Under the pieces are notes generated by a model, which ran no database searches, had not been told where the DNA came from, and worked only from the letters and a program-made list of their open reading frames with translations. 64,000 nucleotides of DNA from Spirulina sp. Lineage in GTDB: Bacteria; Cyanobacteriota; Cyanobacteriia; Phormidesmidales; Phormidesmidaceae. The position numbers and the translations under genes are program-made. Of the stretch, positions 1-10,538 are shown piece by piece; the stretch's first letter is position 1; every line of letters begins with the position of its first letter. The stretch covers positions 83,541-147,540 of the forward strand of contig JBIPSI010000014.1 in NCBI GenBank assembly GCA_044070495.1. The letters run 5' to 3'.

Positions 1-84
1 ACTGGTCAGCAGGTGATAGGGGGCGGGCACCTCCATTTCCGCTGTAGCCAGGGTGATCATCTCTGGGGCGTCAAGGTCAGGCAT
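1..84 (-). CDS. 5' end of a gene running off the left edge, probably the next ABC transporter component or a catabolic enzyme
   Basis: ATG at 84-82 opens MPDLDAPEMITLATAEMEVPAPYHLLTS..., same strand and just downstream of the binding-protein gene. Confidence 0.35.
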   Translation of the reverse strand, partial: MPDLDAPEMITLATAEMEVPAPYHLLTS

Positions 85-151
85 GGCAAGAAGGACAACG
101 TAGGCGAGTCTGGTTAGGCTACTGGATCCAGGGGCGAGGAAGCCTGGGGAA

Positions 152-174
152 GGGCGAGGAGACCTCGCCCCTAC
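152..174. repeat. GTAG-type REP palindrome
   Basis: gggcgaggagacctcgcccctac, the exact reverse complement of the copy at 9540-9562. Confidence 0.75.
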
Positions 175-210
175 GATGTAACCCATTGGGAATTGGCAGG
201 CTAGGCGTAG

Positions 211-1329
211 CTAGGACTGCACCGTTTGGTTGAACCGCTCGATCCATTCGGCCCGCTGGGGGTTGATGGTGGGCCAATCGAGGTTGTGGGCCATGGCAAT
301 GAAGTCATCCACGGACTGGATGCCCAGGGCCTCCATGAGCTGAGGGGGGAGTTCCACCGTGGTATTGGCGGGAATATAGAAGTAGGGCGCACCGACCACC
401 TTAGCCTGGGCCTCAGGACTGAGCATGGCATCCACGTAGGCCACCGCCCGATCCAGACCAGCGGCAGGGTTTTTCACAATGTTGAGGCTATAGCGAGCCG
501 CTGCAATCCCACTATCCAGCTTGGCAATGGCCACGGGCACCCCCCGTTCTGCCAGGGTTAGCACGTCGTTGTGCCACATGGGGCCAATATCGACCTCGCC
601 CTGCTGGAAGAGGGTGAGCAACGCCCCAGGATTGGCCGCCACCCCATTAACGCGGGGCAGCATTTCCGCCACCGCTTCAAAGGCAGGTTCGATATTGTCT
701 TCGCCGCCGCCAAGGACCTTGGCCAGTTCCACCATGAAGGAGGTGCCCAAAATACTGTTGAGGCTGACCAAGCCCAGTTGAGCACCCAGGTTTGGATCGA
801 GCATTACTTCCCAAGACGTGGGTGGCGTCTTCACGGTATCGGTGTTGTAGGCCAGCACAATGCCCTGGGCGTAGAAAATCGGCGCAAGCCCCTGATCGCT
901 GAGGAAAGCAGGATTGACATCGCTGCTGTTGGGGCTGCTGTCTATGGGGAAGGGCTGAACCAAGTCTTCGGCGAGAGCCACCGCATTCTGCCCGTCATCC
1001 AGCATCAGCACGTCAAAGGGCGGCGCATCGGGGGATGCCTTCACCCGCGCAATCTGCTCAAAGGCCAACAGCGGTTGGGAACTGATCGTCACGCCAGTTT
1101 TATCGGCCACCACCGGAGCCAAAGCTTCCCGGAACAAACTGTCCGTCGTTCCAGGGAAAGAGGCAACCACAAGATCTCCGGCCACACCCCCTTCCGCCGC
1201 ACCACCGCCAGCGGCTCCACCCTGAGGCGCAGAGGCATTACAGCTCTTCAGCGCCCAACTGGTTCCTAAAAATAAGCCCGCCCCCAACACAGAGCGACGG
1301 GACACGCGCTGCAAAGACCGATTATTCAC
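211..1329 (-). CDS. ABC transporter periplasmic substrate-binding protein (PotD/PotF-like), Tat/lipoprotein signal
   Basis: 372 aa; SRRSVL twin-arginine motif then LKSC; YNTDTVKTPPTSWE and C-terminal INPQRAEWIERFN are typical of this SBP family. Confidence 0.85.
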   Translation of the reverse strand: MNNRSLQRVSRRSVLGAGLFLGTSWALKSCNASAPQGGAAGGGAAEGGVAGDLVVASFPGTTDSLFREALAPVVADKTGVTISSQPLLAFEQIARVKASPDAPPFDVLMLDDGQNAVALAEDLVQPFPIDSSPNSSDVNPAFLSDQGLAPIFYAQGIVLAYNTDTVKTPPTSWEVMLDPNLGAQLGLVSLNSILGTSFMVELAKVLGGGEDNIEPAFEAVAEMLPRVNGVAANPGALLTLFQQGEVDIGPMWHNDVLTLAERGVPVAIAKLDSGIAAARYSLNIVKNPAAGLDRAVAYVDAMLSPEAQAKVVGAPYFYIPANTTVELPPQLMEALGIQSVDDFIAMAHNLDWPTINPQRAEWIERFNQTVQS

Positions 1330-1762
1330 GTTTCGGATACCTCTCTTCTGGTAAACAATGAGATGGGCCTCTAGGGAAAGCTAACGGTTCACCAACCTGC
1401 ACTCACCGGACTGAGACCGAACGTCAGATGCCTCGCTGGACAGGGAAGGGGGAAAGGTAACCGCCTCACAGCTCTATACAGGGAGGAACAACCTTCCGAG
1501 GCGCAACAAAACTTTGTATACAGAATGCATGGATACAGTCGATCAGTCGGTAGCTCAGGCTACCGTTTCTCCTTGGGGAGATCTTTTGGGGCGCGGGGTG
1601 TCAGGCCCTTCCAAGCATCCGAGCCATGGACTCAACCATAATTAGGCCTTTCTAAGGCTCCCCTGCATCCCACGAATATCACGATTTCTCTATCACAAAT
1701 TGGGCGTCATTTGATCGGCTTTATAAAACTTGAGGGATGCACATGCAGGTTGATTAAAACCA

Positions 1763-1777
1763 ATAACTTAAAGTTAT
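1763..1777 (+). promoter_or_regulatory. Palindrome ATAAC-N5-GTTAT upstream of rbcL, candidate LysR-type (RbcR/CmpR-like) site
   Basis: ATAACTTAAAGTTAT in the AT-rich rbcL upstream region; TAATAT -10-like hexamer at 1823-1828. Confidence 0.4.
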
Positions 1778-2042
1778 GAATCTATACAGATCTTCCAAAA
1801 TAAACCTTATCCAATCGCTGGTAATATGCTAAAGCACGAGGTAATGAAAAATACCTAAAGCGTCTGGTGGGCAACTACTCGCTGGTTGCCTCCTGTTTGC
1901 TGCCATCTCATGGTTTTGGACGTCGGGCTGGTTCTTGAGCTAGGTACAGGTTTTCTCCGTATATATTTTGGAGATTGCCGTGTCTATGACTGGGCCGCCG
2001 GGGTTCGCGTGAGAGATTTCTTAGATTCACAGGAAGGGAGAT

Positions 2043-3473
2043 ATGTCTTACTCTCAGACAACGACTCAGTCAAAAGCGGGCTATAGCGCCGGGGTAAAGG
2101 ACTATAAGCTGACCTATTACACCCCCGACTACACCCCCAAAGATACCGATATTTTGGCGGCATTCCGGATGACCCCCCAGCCCGGTGTACCTCCCGAAGA
2201 GTGCGCTGCTGCGGTCGCCGCTGAATCCTCTACGGGTACCTGGACCACCGTGTGGACCGACCTTCTGACCGACATGGATCGGTACAAGGGTCGTTGCTAC
2301 GACATCGAGCCAGTACCCGGCGAAGATAACCAATACATTTGCTACGTGGCCTACCCCCTCGACCTGTTCGAGGAAGGTTCCGTCACCAACCTGCTGACCT
2401 CCCTGGTGGGGAACGTGTTCGGCTTCAAGGCCCTACGCGCCCTGCGTCTGGAAGACCTGCGGATTCCCGTGGCCTACCTGAAGACCTTCCAAGGCCCTCC
2501 CCACGGTATCCAAGTAGAGCGCGACCGCCTGAACAAGTACGGTCGTCCTCTGCTGGGTTGCACCATCAAACCCAAGCTGGGTCTGTCGGCGAAGAACTAT
2601 GGCCGCGCCGTGTATGAAGCCCTGCGCGGTGGTCTAGACTTCACCAAAGACGACGAAAACATCAACTCCCAGCCCTTCCAGCGCTGGCGCGACCGCTTCC
2701 TGTTTGTGGCCGATGCGATCCACAAGTCCCAGGCTGAAACCGGGGAAATCAAAGGTCACTACCTGAACGTGACCGCCTCCACCTGCGAAGAAATGCTGAA
2801 GCGGGCCGAGTACGCTAAAGAACTCGACATGCCCATCGTCATGCACGACTTCCTCACCGCTGGTTTCACCGCCAACACCACCCTGTCCCACTGGTGCCGC
2901 GACAACGGCGTTCTGCTGCACATTCACCGCGCCATGCACGCCGTGATCGACCGTCAGAAGAACCACGGGATTCACTTCCGCGTTCTGGCCAAGTGTCTGC
3001 GGATGTCCGGTGGTGACCACATCCACACCGGAACCGTGGTGGGCAAGCTGGAAGGTGACCGCGCTGGTACCCTCGGCTTTGTAGACCTGCTGCGCGAAAA
3101 CTACGTCGAGCGCGACCCCTCTCGCGGTGTGTACTTCACCCAAGATTGGGCCTCCATGGGCGGCGTTATGGCTGTGGCCTCCGGTGGTATCCACGTGTGG
3201 CACATGCCCGCTCTGGTGGAAATCTTCGGCGACGACTCCGTGCTTCAGTTCGGGGGTGGTACCCTCGGTCACCCCTGGGGTAACGCGCCCGGTGCCACCG
3301 CCAACCGTGTGGCCCTGGAAGCTTGCGTTCAGGCCCGTAACGAAGGCCGTGACCTGGCCCGCGAAGGTGGCGACATCATCCGCGAAGCTTGCAAGTGGTC
3401 TCCCGAACTGGCTGCCGCCTGCGAACTGTGGAAGGAAATCAAGTTCGAGTTCGACACCGTTGACACCCTCTAA
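2043..3473 (+). CDS. rbcL: RuBisCO large subunit, form IB
   Basis: 476 aa; [26 protein letters not shown] carbamylation motif, [13 protein letters not shown]. Confidence 0.99.
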   Translation: MSYSQTTTQSKAGYSAGVKDYKLTYYTPDYTPKDTDILAAFRMTPQPGVPPEECAAAVAAESSTGTWTTVWTDLLTDMDRYKGRCYDIEPVPGEDNQYICYVAYPLDLFEEGSVTNLLTSLVGNVFGFKALRALRLEDLRIPVAYLKTFQGPPHGIQVERDRLNKYGRPLLGCTIKPKLGLSAKNYGRAVYEALRGGLDFTKDDENINSQPFQRWRDRFLFVADAIHKSQAETGEIKGHYLNVTASTCEEMLKRAEYAKELDMPIVMHDFLTAGFTANTTLSHWCRDNGVLLHIHRAMHAVIDRQKNHGIHFRVLAKCLRMSGGDHIHTGTVVGKLEGDRAGTLGFVDLLRENYVERDPSRGVYFTQDWASMGGVMAVASGGIHVWHMPALVEIFGDDSVLQFGGGTLGHPWGNAPGATANRVALEACVQARNEGRDLAREGGDIIREACKWSPELAAACELWKEIKFEFDTVDTL

Positions 3474-3668
3474 TTTTGCTTTGGCGGCGGTGGGGATCGG
3501 CTTCGGCTTGTCCCTGCCGACGACGGGGCGTGGGCCAGTTCCTTGGACTAGCATCTTAAGAAAACTTAAGATTGCGGCCTAAGTTACCGAATCTGTCTGG
3601 ATTTCGGGCTTCAATCAGGTCTACCCACCCCCCGGCGGGGTCTAGGTCAACCCTTCGAGGAGACACCG

Positions 3669-4097
3669 ATGGACCTTAAGCAAGCGGCAAAGGACACCGC
3701 TAAGGTGCTGACCAGCTATCTGACCTTCCAGGCCGTGAAAACGGTGCTGAATCAGCTTAAGGAAACCAACCCTGCCCAAGCCTATTGGCTGAACACGTTT
3801 TCGACCAAGGAAGCCCTCCAGGATGGGGAAACCTACCTGACGGCCCTTATGGCGGAAAAGCCCGACATGGCCATGCGGATCATGACCGTTCGGCAGCACA
3901 TCGCAGAGGAAATCTGCGAGTTTTTGCCGGAAATGGTGATCGCCAACCTTCAGCAAGCCAATATGGAACACCGCCGCCAGCATTTAGAGCGCCTGACTCA
4001 ATTGGGCGATGCCGACCATCTAGATCAGTCGGAAACCCTCGGTGCCCTTGAGGTACCCCAGGAATCCGCCGCCGATGGAGAACATCTCCCAGAGTAG
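3669..4097 (+). CDS. rbcX: RuBisCO assembly chaperone RbcX
   Basis: MDLKQAAKDTAKVLTSYLTFQAV...RIMTVR; lies between rbcL and rbcS. Confidence 0.97.
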   Translation: MDLKQAAKDTAKVLTSYLTFQAVKTVLNQLKETNPAQAYWLNTFSTKEALQDGETYLTALMAEKPDMAMRIMTVRQHIAEEICEFLPEMVIANLQQANMEHRRQHLERLTQLGDADHLDQSETLGALEVPQESAADGEHLPE

Positions 4098-4200
4098 GCC
4101 CAAGGTTTGACTACGGATGGATCGAACCATCGTCGTTCACTCTTTTGTTCACTCGCGGTCAGCATCGCCTGATCGCCGATTAGTAACCCAGCGAGGAACT

Positions 4201-4542
4201 ATGAAAACTCTGCCTAAAGAGCGTCGTTACGAAACGATGTCCTACCTGCCCCCTCTGACCGATGCTCAGATTGAGCGGCAAATTGCTTACATCCTGAAAA
4301 TGGGCTATTTCCCGGCTGTCGAGTTTAACGAAGACTCCGACCCCGAAGCCTACTACTGGACGATGTGGAAACTGCCCATGTTCAACGCCACCTCCACCCA
4401 GGAAGTGCTGAGCGAAGTGCAGGCTTGCCGCTCCGAGTACTCCAACTGCTTCATCCGCGTGGTTGGTTTCGACAACGTCAAGCAGTGCCAGATCGCTAGC
4501 TTCATCGTGCATAAGCCCGGTGCTAGCACCTACCGCTACTAG
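4201..4542 (+). CDS. rbcS: RuBisCO small subunit
   Basis: [19 protein letters not shown]...[16 protein letters not shown] before ATG 4201 (track start 4117 is too long). Confidence 0.98.
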   Translation: MKTLPKERRYETMSYLPPLTDAQIERQIAYILKMGYFPAVEFNEDSDPEAYYWTMWKLPMFNATSTQEVLSEVQACRSEYSNCFIRVVGFDNVKQCQIASFIVHKPGASTYRY

Positions 4543-4593
4543 AATCTGCCTCTGAATCAGAATCAATCATTCTTGATTCAAAACAGATAAAAC

Positions 4594-4625
4594 AAAGGGC
4601 CAGGGGAGCAATCCTCTGGTCTTTT
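4594..4625 (+). terminator. Intrinsic terminator of rbcLXS
   Basis: aaagggccagggg-agcaat-cctctggtctttt hairpin with T tract. Confidence 0.7.
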
Positions 4626-4747
4626 GTGATGGCATTAACATAGGGCTTAAACCACAGCGATCTTGACGATCAGATTATTAACGTCGCGGTCGCCAGCGAT
4701 GTCTTCGCAGCTAAAAATGTTGTTGCCGAAGCCGCCCCCGTGATCTT

Positions 4748-4998
4748 GGCCAGGGGCGAAATCTGGTTTGGCTCGGTCAGGATGAGGTGCTGGGTGTAGC
4801 CCGATTATTGGGTGCACAGAAAAGATGAATTTGGCGATGTTTGAGATCTAGCATCCAATAATCGGCAATAGCCGCCTGGGCATAGAGTTTGGCTTTGACC
4901 TCGCAATCCTGCCGCAAGGTCGAATCGGCCACCTCCACGAATTTATCGCCTCTATCAAAGGTCTCGGTGGAGTCAGATAGAACTTCGATAATGAGTAC
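4748..4998 (-). pseudogene. Chimeric, frameshifted Uma2 (DUF820) endonuclease remnant
   Basis: Manual translation VLIIEVLSDSTETFDRGDKF-VEVADSTLRQDCEVKAKLYAQAAIADYWMLDL...; I found no start codon in the ~140 nt traced upstream; the tail GYTQHLILTEPNQISPLA is in another frame. Confidence 0.7.
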
Positions 4999-5277
4999 AG
5001 ATTGAATGTCGCCTTTTGAGGGGATGGAAGGTATTGATTTGAGGGGGCTAGGGTGCTGCGATTGAGGAGATTTAGAACCACGTAGACGGGGTATGAAACG
5101 TGTTATGCAAGTCTCCGTAGCATGACGCGAATCATAGTGAGGTGGATGAACGCCTGCGAGGATTCGGGTAAGCGTTCATCGTCCACATTCAATCGGCGAC
5201 ACCCAAGGAGCAGACCCTAAGTGTGCTCTACCACCCATCGTTGGTTCACCTTAATCGAGCTAGAGGATGACCCAAGA

Positions 5278-7086
5278 CTAGCGTTCAACGACCATGGCGG
5301 CCCCGCCACCTCGTCGGCTCGGTTCTGCGGCGACCAAGATAGACCCATCGGGCTGGATGACCAACCCGACCGCTGCCCCGATCTCAGGCACTGGGATCAA
5401 GGAATGGCCAAGGGCGGTTAATGCCTGACCTAGGGGAGTTTGTTCGAGTTGGTGGTCTACTTGGGTGATGCCCGTGTTGCGCTGGGAAATGCGGGGGGCC
5501 GCTATGGCATCGGGGAGTGACAGGCCAAAGTCAATCAGGTTGACGGCTATACCGACCACCGTTGTAATGATGGTAGCCCCCCCCGGAGAACCAAAGGCCA
5601 CCATCGTGCCATCGGGGCTGCGGACGATGGTGGGGGCCATGCTGCTGCGGGGGCGTTTGTAGGGTTCAGGCACGTTGGGATGGGGGCTGATGGGGTCAAA
5701 GTCGGTCAGCTCATTGTTGAGGATGAAGCCATAGCCGGGAACTACGATGCCAGATCCGCCAGTGGATTCAATCGTGCAGGTGTAGGAGACGATGTTGCCC
5801 CAGCGATCACTGGTCACCAGGTGGGTGGTGGATATCCCCGATGGGTCTTGCCCCTGGGCTACGGGGGGTAATCCGGTTAGGCTGGGGCTGGGGTCGGTCT
5901 GAAAGGGCAGCGGGTTGCCGGGGGCGGCACGGAAGTCTGGATCGGCGGGGGCGCGGTCGCCCACCAGGGTTCGCCGAGTTTGTATGAAATCATCGCTCTG
6001 AAGACCCGCCAGGGGCACATCGACAAACTCTGGATCGCCCAGGTAGGCATGGCGGTCGGCAAAGGCCAGCCGTTCGGCTTCAATGACCCTATGCCAAGCC
6101 TGGGCGCGATCCGCCTGGGTCAGATCAAAGCCCTCTAGGATGCTGAGAATTTCTCCGGTGGTGATCCCCCCGCTGCTGGGCAGACCCATGCTGTAGAACG
6201 TATAGCCGCGATACGGGGTAACCGTAGGAGGCCGCACCCGTACCGCGTAATGGTCGAGGTCGGTCAGGGTCATGGCTCCAGGCACAACCGGGAAAGGGGG
6301 ATTGGCCACGGTGGGCGGCTGTTGCACCGTTTGAATGATTGCCTCGGCAATCTCCCCCCGATAAAAGCCATTGATGCCCTGCTCGGCCAGGATGCGGTAG
6401 GTTTTGGCCAGGTCAGGATTTTTGAACCGACTGCCGACGGTAGGCCGCTGGCCATGGGGCAGATACAGCGCCTGGGTGGAGGTAAAGGCGGCAAAGCGGG
6501 TCTGGTTTTGCTCAATCTGCTTGGCAAAGGTTTCATCGACCACAAAGCCATGCTCGGCTAGGGCGATGGCCGGTTGGAGGGCTTCGCCGAGGGAGAGGGT
6601 GCCATAGCGGTTGAGGGCTTCGGCCCACTCTAGGGGGGTGCCAGGGACGCCCACCGCTGCCCCTGAGGACATGCGGTTGGGGAAGAAGGGCAGCAAATCG
6701 CCGGGGTTCATCGGATCCTGGAACAGGTCTACGGTGGTGGCGGCGGGGGCCTGCTCCCGACCATCGAGGGTGATTAGGCGATCGCTATCTTTGAGGTAGA
6801 TGACCATGAACCCGCCCCCGCCAATGCCAGCGGAAAAGGGATCGGTAACGCCCACGGCGGCGGCAGCGGCGACCGCTGCATCAATGGCATTGCCGCCCCG
6901 GCGCAGCACCTCTAGGCCCACCCGAGTCGCATCGGCATCGACGGTGGCCACCGCTCCCCCACGACCTGTCGCCATGGCCAGGGGGCTTTGGGACAGCCCC
7001 ACCGAGCTAAACCAGAAACCCAGGCAAAGGCTTACGCCTAGCGCTGCTGCAAAGATTTGCCTAATTCGCCCAATTCGCCTAATCAT
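5278..7086 (-). CDS. ggt: Gamma-glutamyltransferase
   Basis: GGNAIDAAVA, SAGIGGGGF, catalytic TTHLV, LNNELTDF, KRPRSSMAP, GSPGG; likely start MIRRIG at 7086 with signal peptide. Confidence 0.95.
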   Translation of the reverse strand: MIRRIGRIRQIFAAALGVSLCLGFWFSSVGLSQSPLAMATGRGGAVATVDADATRVGLEVLRRGGNAIDAAVAAAAAVGVTDPFSAGIGGGGFMVIYLKDSDRLITLDGREQAPAATTVDLFQDPMNPGDLLPFFPNRMSSGAAVGVPGTPLEWAEALNRYGTLSLGEALQPAIALAEHGFVVDETFAKQIEQNQTRFAAFTSTQALYLPHGQRPTVGSRFKNPDLAKTYRILAEQGINGFYRGEIAEAIIQTVQQPPTVANPPFPVVPGAMTLTDLDHYAVRVRPPTVTPYRGYTFYSMGLPSSGGITTGEILSILEGFDLTQADRAQAWHRVIEAERLAFADRHAYLGDPEFVDVPLAGLQSDDFIQTRRTLVGDRAPADPDFRAAPGNPLPFQTDPSPSLTGLPPVAQGQDPSGISTTHLVTSDRWGNIVSYTCTIESTGGSGIVVPGYGFILNNELTDFDPISPHPNVPEPYKRPRSSMAPTIVRSPDGTMVAFGSPGGATIITTVVGIAVNLIDFGLSLPDAIAAPRISQRNTGITQVDHQLEQTPLGQALTALGHSLIPVPEIGAAVGLVIQPDGSILVAAEPSRRGGGAAMVVER

Positions 7087-7137
7087 GGCAATGTTTCCCC
7101 ATTCCCGTATGGTGAAATTATCCCTCAATGCATTCCT

Positions 7138-7665
7138 ATGGCTCGAATTCCTATGGCTCCTATCTTTGCTGCTCTTCTCACAATCATGCTGTGGCTCTTT
7201 CCCACCCACCCGGCGGCCCTTGCAGCACCCACCCCACAGCCCCTAGGGGCAATCCCTGGACTCTCCACCTTATTTGCGGGGGAGGCTCCCACCCTCGGCG
7301 TTCAGGATGGTCAGCTAGCTCCCTGTCCAGCCACCCCTAACTGTGTAGTGAGCCAGGGTGCTGATCCAGACCATGCCATTGCCCCGATTGCCTACACCAG
7401 AAGCCGGGAGGACGCCCGTGATCTGCTGACTAAGGTTCTAGGTGTGGTGCCCCGTACCGAGATTGTGGCGCAGCAAGAGGATTACATCCGCGTGCAGTCC
7501 ATCAGTCGCCTGATAGGGTTTGTGGACGACACGGAGTTCTACTTTCCAAAGAATGAGCCTGTGATTCAGGTTCGAGCCGCCGCCCGGTTAGGAGAATCTG
7601 ATCTGGGGGTGAATCGGCGACGGCTGGAGCAAATTCGTTTTGCTCTGAAGGACTTGGGGATTTAG
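7138..7665 (+). CDS. DUF1499 family protein
   Basis: LAPCPATPNCVVSQ, GFVDDTEF, ARLGESDLGVNRRRLEQIR. Confidence 0.9.
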   Translation: MARIPMAPIFAALLTIMLWLFPTHPAALAAPTPQPLGAIPGLSTLFAGEAPTLGVQDGQLAPCPATPNCVVSQGADPDHAIAPIAYTRSREDARDLLTKVLGVVPRTEIVAQQEDYIRVQSISRLIGFVDDTEFYFPKNEPVIQVRAAARLGESDLGVNRRRLEQIRFALKDLGI

Positions 7666-7716
7666 AGGGGCATCACCTGGGATCGACTGAACCTACGTTG
7701 GAGATGGGTCAGGCAA

Positions 7717-8169
7717 CTAGCGATTGTGCTTTGTTAAAAAGCGATCTAGCTGGTTGGCAAAGGCTCCAGTTACTCGTTGGTTAAAAGGGGCAGGGCCACC
7801 CGTATCCACCCCAGCATTCCGCAGTTCATGGAGGAAATTTCGCATGGACAATCGTTCTCGAATATTGCCCTGGTCATAGAATTCTCCCCGGGGATTGAGG
7901 GCATAGGCTCCCTTTTCAATGGCCTCTGCGGCCAGGGGAATATCGGCGGTAATGACTAAATCTCCAGCCTCTAGGTGCTTGACGATGTAGTTGTCGGCAA
8001 TGTCTAGGCCAGCGCGTACCTGCACAAATTCAAGGTAGGGAGAACCTGGAATTTGTAGCTCTTGGTTGGCGACTAAGGTCGTTTTTATCTCCAGTCGTTT
8101 GGCGGCCCGAAATAGGATTTCTTTAATCACATTGGGGCAGGCATCGGCATCAACCCATATCTGCATCAT
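7717..8169 (-). CDS. YaiI/YqxD (UPF0178) family protein
   Basis: [20 protein letters not shown]. Confidence 0.93.
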   Translation of the reverse strand: MMQIWVDADACPNVIKEILFRAAKRLEIKTTLVANQELQIPGSPYLEFVQVRAGLDIADNYIVKHLEAGDLVITADIPLAAEAIEKGAYALNPRGEFYDQGNIRERLSMRNFLHELRNAGVDTGGPAPFNQRVTGAFANQLDRFLTKHNR

Positions 8170-8796
8170 CTATCCGCCTGTGGTCATTTCTAGGGGCTGA
8201 ACGGGAATCTGTACGTCGCTGCGCTTCATCGCATCCGGCAGGAATGGCCCATCGTAGAAGAAGCGCCGAGGTTGACCTACCACCGCATACCCTGGATGGG
8301 CCGCTAACCATTGCTGAAGCCGTTCGATGCTGGCCTGGTAAGTTTCAAGATTGTAGCGCCCCCTAGTGCCAAGGCTAATCACGGTCATGGCTGGCAGGTC
8401 TTCTACCTGAATGCCCTGGGCCACCTCCTGGGGAACGATATCCAGGCTGCGATACAGGAACGATACAGCGGCCTCGCCCTCTAGGGTCGCCGCGCTCTCT
8501 AGGGTAGCCACCGGGTAGCGCGTCTCCACCGGGGCCGTCATGGAAATGTCGTTGCTACTAATGTGGCGGAATAATGGGGTGAAGCCACGGGAGGGGGCAT
8601 ACTCCAAATTGCCCGTCATCTGGACGGTGGCGGCTCGATAGGCTGGATAATGCTTGACTTCAATCACACCCTCTCGACTGGGCGGAGGAAAGCCCTCTGG
8701 CAGGGGCGCTGAGGCGGCGCTGTAGGCTCCCAAGAGCAGTACGCCTAACCCAATGGCGGCTACCCCCACCAACAGTAGTCCATGCTGTAGCTTCAT
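8170..8796 (-). CDS. SOUL family heme-binding protein
   Basis: IEVKHYPAY, FTPLFRHIS, ISMTAPV, YDGPFLPDAMKRSDVQIPV. Confidence 0.85.
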   Translation of the reverse strand: MKLQHGLLLVGVAAIGLGVLLLGAYSAASAPLPEGFPPPSREGVIEVKHYPAYRAATVQMTGNLEYAPSRGFTPLFRHISSNDISMTAPVETRYPVATLESAATLEGEAAVSFLYRSLDIVPQEVAQGIQVEDLPAMTVISLGTRGRYNLETYQASIERLQQWLAAHPGYAVVGQPRRFFYDGPFLPDAMKRSDVQIPVQPLEMTTGG

Positions 8797-8902
8797 TGCC
8801 TATCCCATCATTTTCTTTCAGTCTAGCGATTGTGCGTTGGTGAGGGGAATGCCAGACCTTCTCACCCCTGACGCGCCACTACGACATGAGGGTTAGCAGT
8901 CC

Positions 8903-9508
8903 CTAGCCTTCTAGTTTGCCGCCCACAAAGGGGGTGCTCCAAAGCATCCAGTTTTCTTTGTTGAAGGGGGATCGCCAGCGGCGGATCAGGTCGCTCTCTA
9001 GGCGTTGACGGGCTTTGCGGTCGGTGGCGGCGTGGGGCCAAAAGCCAATGTTCACCGCCACAGGGAGATCGTGGGTGCGGTGGGCGGCCACATAGCTGAG
9101 AATGTAGCGTTTGCAGTCGTGAACCCCCTGCCAGCGCTGGTTAGATTTCACGGTTTCCCCTACGTAGAGCAGCACGGGCACCTCGTGATCCACCACAAAG
9201 TAGAGGGCGGGGACGCCAGATTCCTGGAATTTCCCCCGCCAAAATTCGGCATTCTGGGGCGGCAGGGTGAAGGGATCGATGGTGTCGGCAATCGAAACAC
9301 TACCGGACGGGGAGACCTCAAACAGACTGCCCTGTTGGGCGGCTGGAGTCTGTTGAACCTCCCGCTGGTACTGGGCTACCCGCTGCTTCCATCGCTGCAA
9401 TTCCGCCTCGGATAGGGGATGGCCTGCCTCACGGTTGTAGGCCCAGGAGGCATCCGCCGCCCGGAGGTCAGCTTGGGAGAGCAGGGAGGGTTGGTCGGGG
9501 GAGGACAT
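8903..9508 (-). CDS. GIY-YIG nuclease family protein
   Basis: ALYFVVD...LLYVGET...RW...H...LE...PFN motif pattern. Confidence 0.8.
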   Translation of the reverse strand: MSSPDQPSLLSQADLRAADASWAYNREAGHPLSEAELQRWKQRVAQYQREVQQTPAAQQGSLFEVSPSGSVSIADTIDPFTLPPQNAEFWRGKFQESGVPALYFVVDHEVPVLLYVGETVKSNQRWQGVHDCKRYILSYVAAHRTHDLPVAVNIGFWPHAATDRKARQRLESDLIRRWRSPFNKENWMLWSTPFVGGKLEG

Positions 9509-9539
9509 AGAGCAATCAGAAGTCGGGAGTCGGGAATCG

Positions 9540-9562
9540 GTAGGGGCGAGGTCTCCTCGCCC
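9540..9562. repeat. GTAG-type REP, preceded by short 7-mer (GGGAGTC/GGGAATC) repeats
   Basis: gtaggggcgaggtctcctcgccc. Confidence 0.75.
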
Positions 9563-9586
9563 TTGGGAGTCGCGAACTGGAGAGCT

Positions 9587-10339
9587 TTATTGCATGGCTT
9601 GGTCGAGGGCTTGGGGGGCGGAGAGGGTATTTTCCTCCTCTAGGGCGGCGATGTAGGCGGCGATGGCATGGTCGCTGAAGCGGCGGCTGAGGATGCGCCA
9701 GGTGAACCGAGAACCAAGCTGGATGCCCGTATCCACATGGGCAAACCCCTGCCACTCGCGGGGCACACGGGTGACGATGTCCCAGCCGTAGATAAAGCGG
9801 GAACTGTTGGGTACCCGGCGGTTGTAGGAATCGACCTGGGCCTGGTTGCCGACACGGGGTGCGCCGAAGGTGTTAACGATAAAGTTTAAGCCGTTGGCTT
9901 GGCCAAAATTGTACTGAAGATCCAGGGCGGCGATGGTGGCCAAGGCTCCCCCCAGGCTGTGCCCAGTGACGATCACCTGTTGCCCGGTGAAGGTGGAGAG
10001 AGTTTCCAGCAGCCGATCTCGCACGGCAAAGTAGGCGGTCATAAAGCCCTGGTGAAACCTCACCTCGCTGTTGCCGTCGCCGTAGGGGTAGATCTGCTGG
10101 CGAAACTGGACGTTATTTATCCAGTCGATGGATTTGTCGGAGCCGCGAAAGACGATGTACAGACGGTCGCTGTTCAACTTGTTCAGCACCGCCGCCTGGG
10201 TATCGGTAAAGCCTTGATCCTGGCTTTGAATGAAGATCGGCTCCACATCGGGATAGGCGGAAAAGCGCAGCCCGCTGAAGTCGCGATAGATTTCCTCACA
10301 CAGACGGGCACAGGTGAGGGCCAAGGCGTAGTCAACCAC
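9587..10339 (-). CDS. Lipase class 3 family protein
   Basis: IVFRGS, HQGF, TGHSLGGALA, TFGAPRVGN, DIVTRVP, DH. Confidence 0.93.
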   Translation of the reverse strand: MVDYALALTCARLCEEIYRDFSGLRFSAYPDVEPIFIQSQDQGFTDTQAAVLNKLNSDRLYIVFRGSDKSIDWINNVQFRQQIYPYGDGNSEVRFHQGFMTAYFAVRDRLLETLSTFTGQQVIVTGHSLGGALATIAALDLQYNFGQANGLNFIVNTFGAPRVGNQAQVDSYNRRVPNSSRFIYGWDIVTRVPREWQGFAHVDTGIQLGSRFTWRILSRRFSDHAIAAYIAALEEENTLSAPQALDQAMQ

Positions 10340-10538
10340 GGGACAACCTCCTAGGGATACCAGACCATCTCATTAGACCGAACCGTACAGGCGTCGGGTA
10401 GGCATCTTGCCAGCTTCCCGAAGACAGCCACGCTCAACAGATAGCCGCCAGATAGTCGTTTTTCTCCATACTTTTATATCCATGGTTCTATGGAGGGGCT
10501 GATGTGTCATGGATGCTGATTCCACGATGGGCTAGACC

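Noticed and set aside
2634..3554. 306-aa antisense ORF over rbcL, and similar long antisense ORFs over gap2, ctaD, carA, msrB and the S8 peptidase
   Set aside because: Shadow frames expected from GC-rich codon bias opposite well-supported genes.
7057..7209. Apparent head-to-head overlap of ggt and the DUF1499 gene
   Set aside because: The overlap disappears with the more plausible starts at 7086 and 7138.
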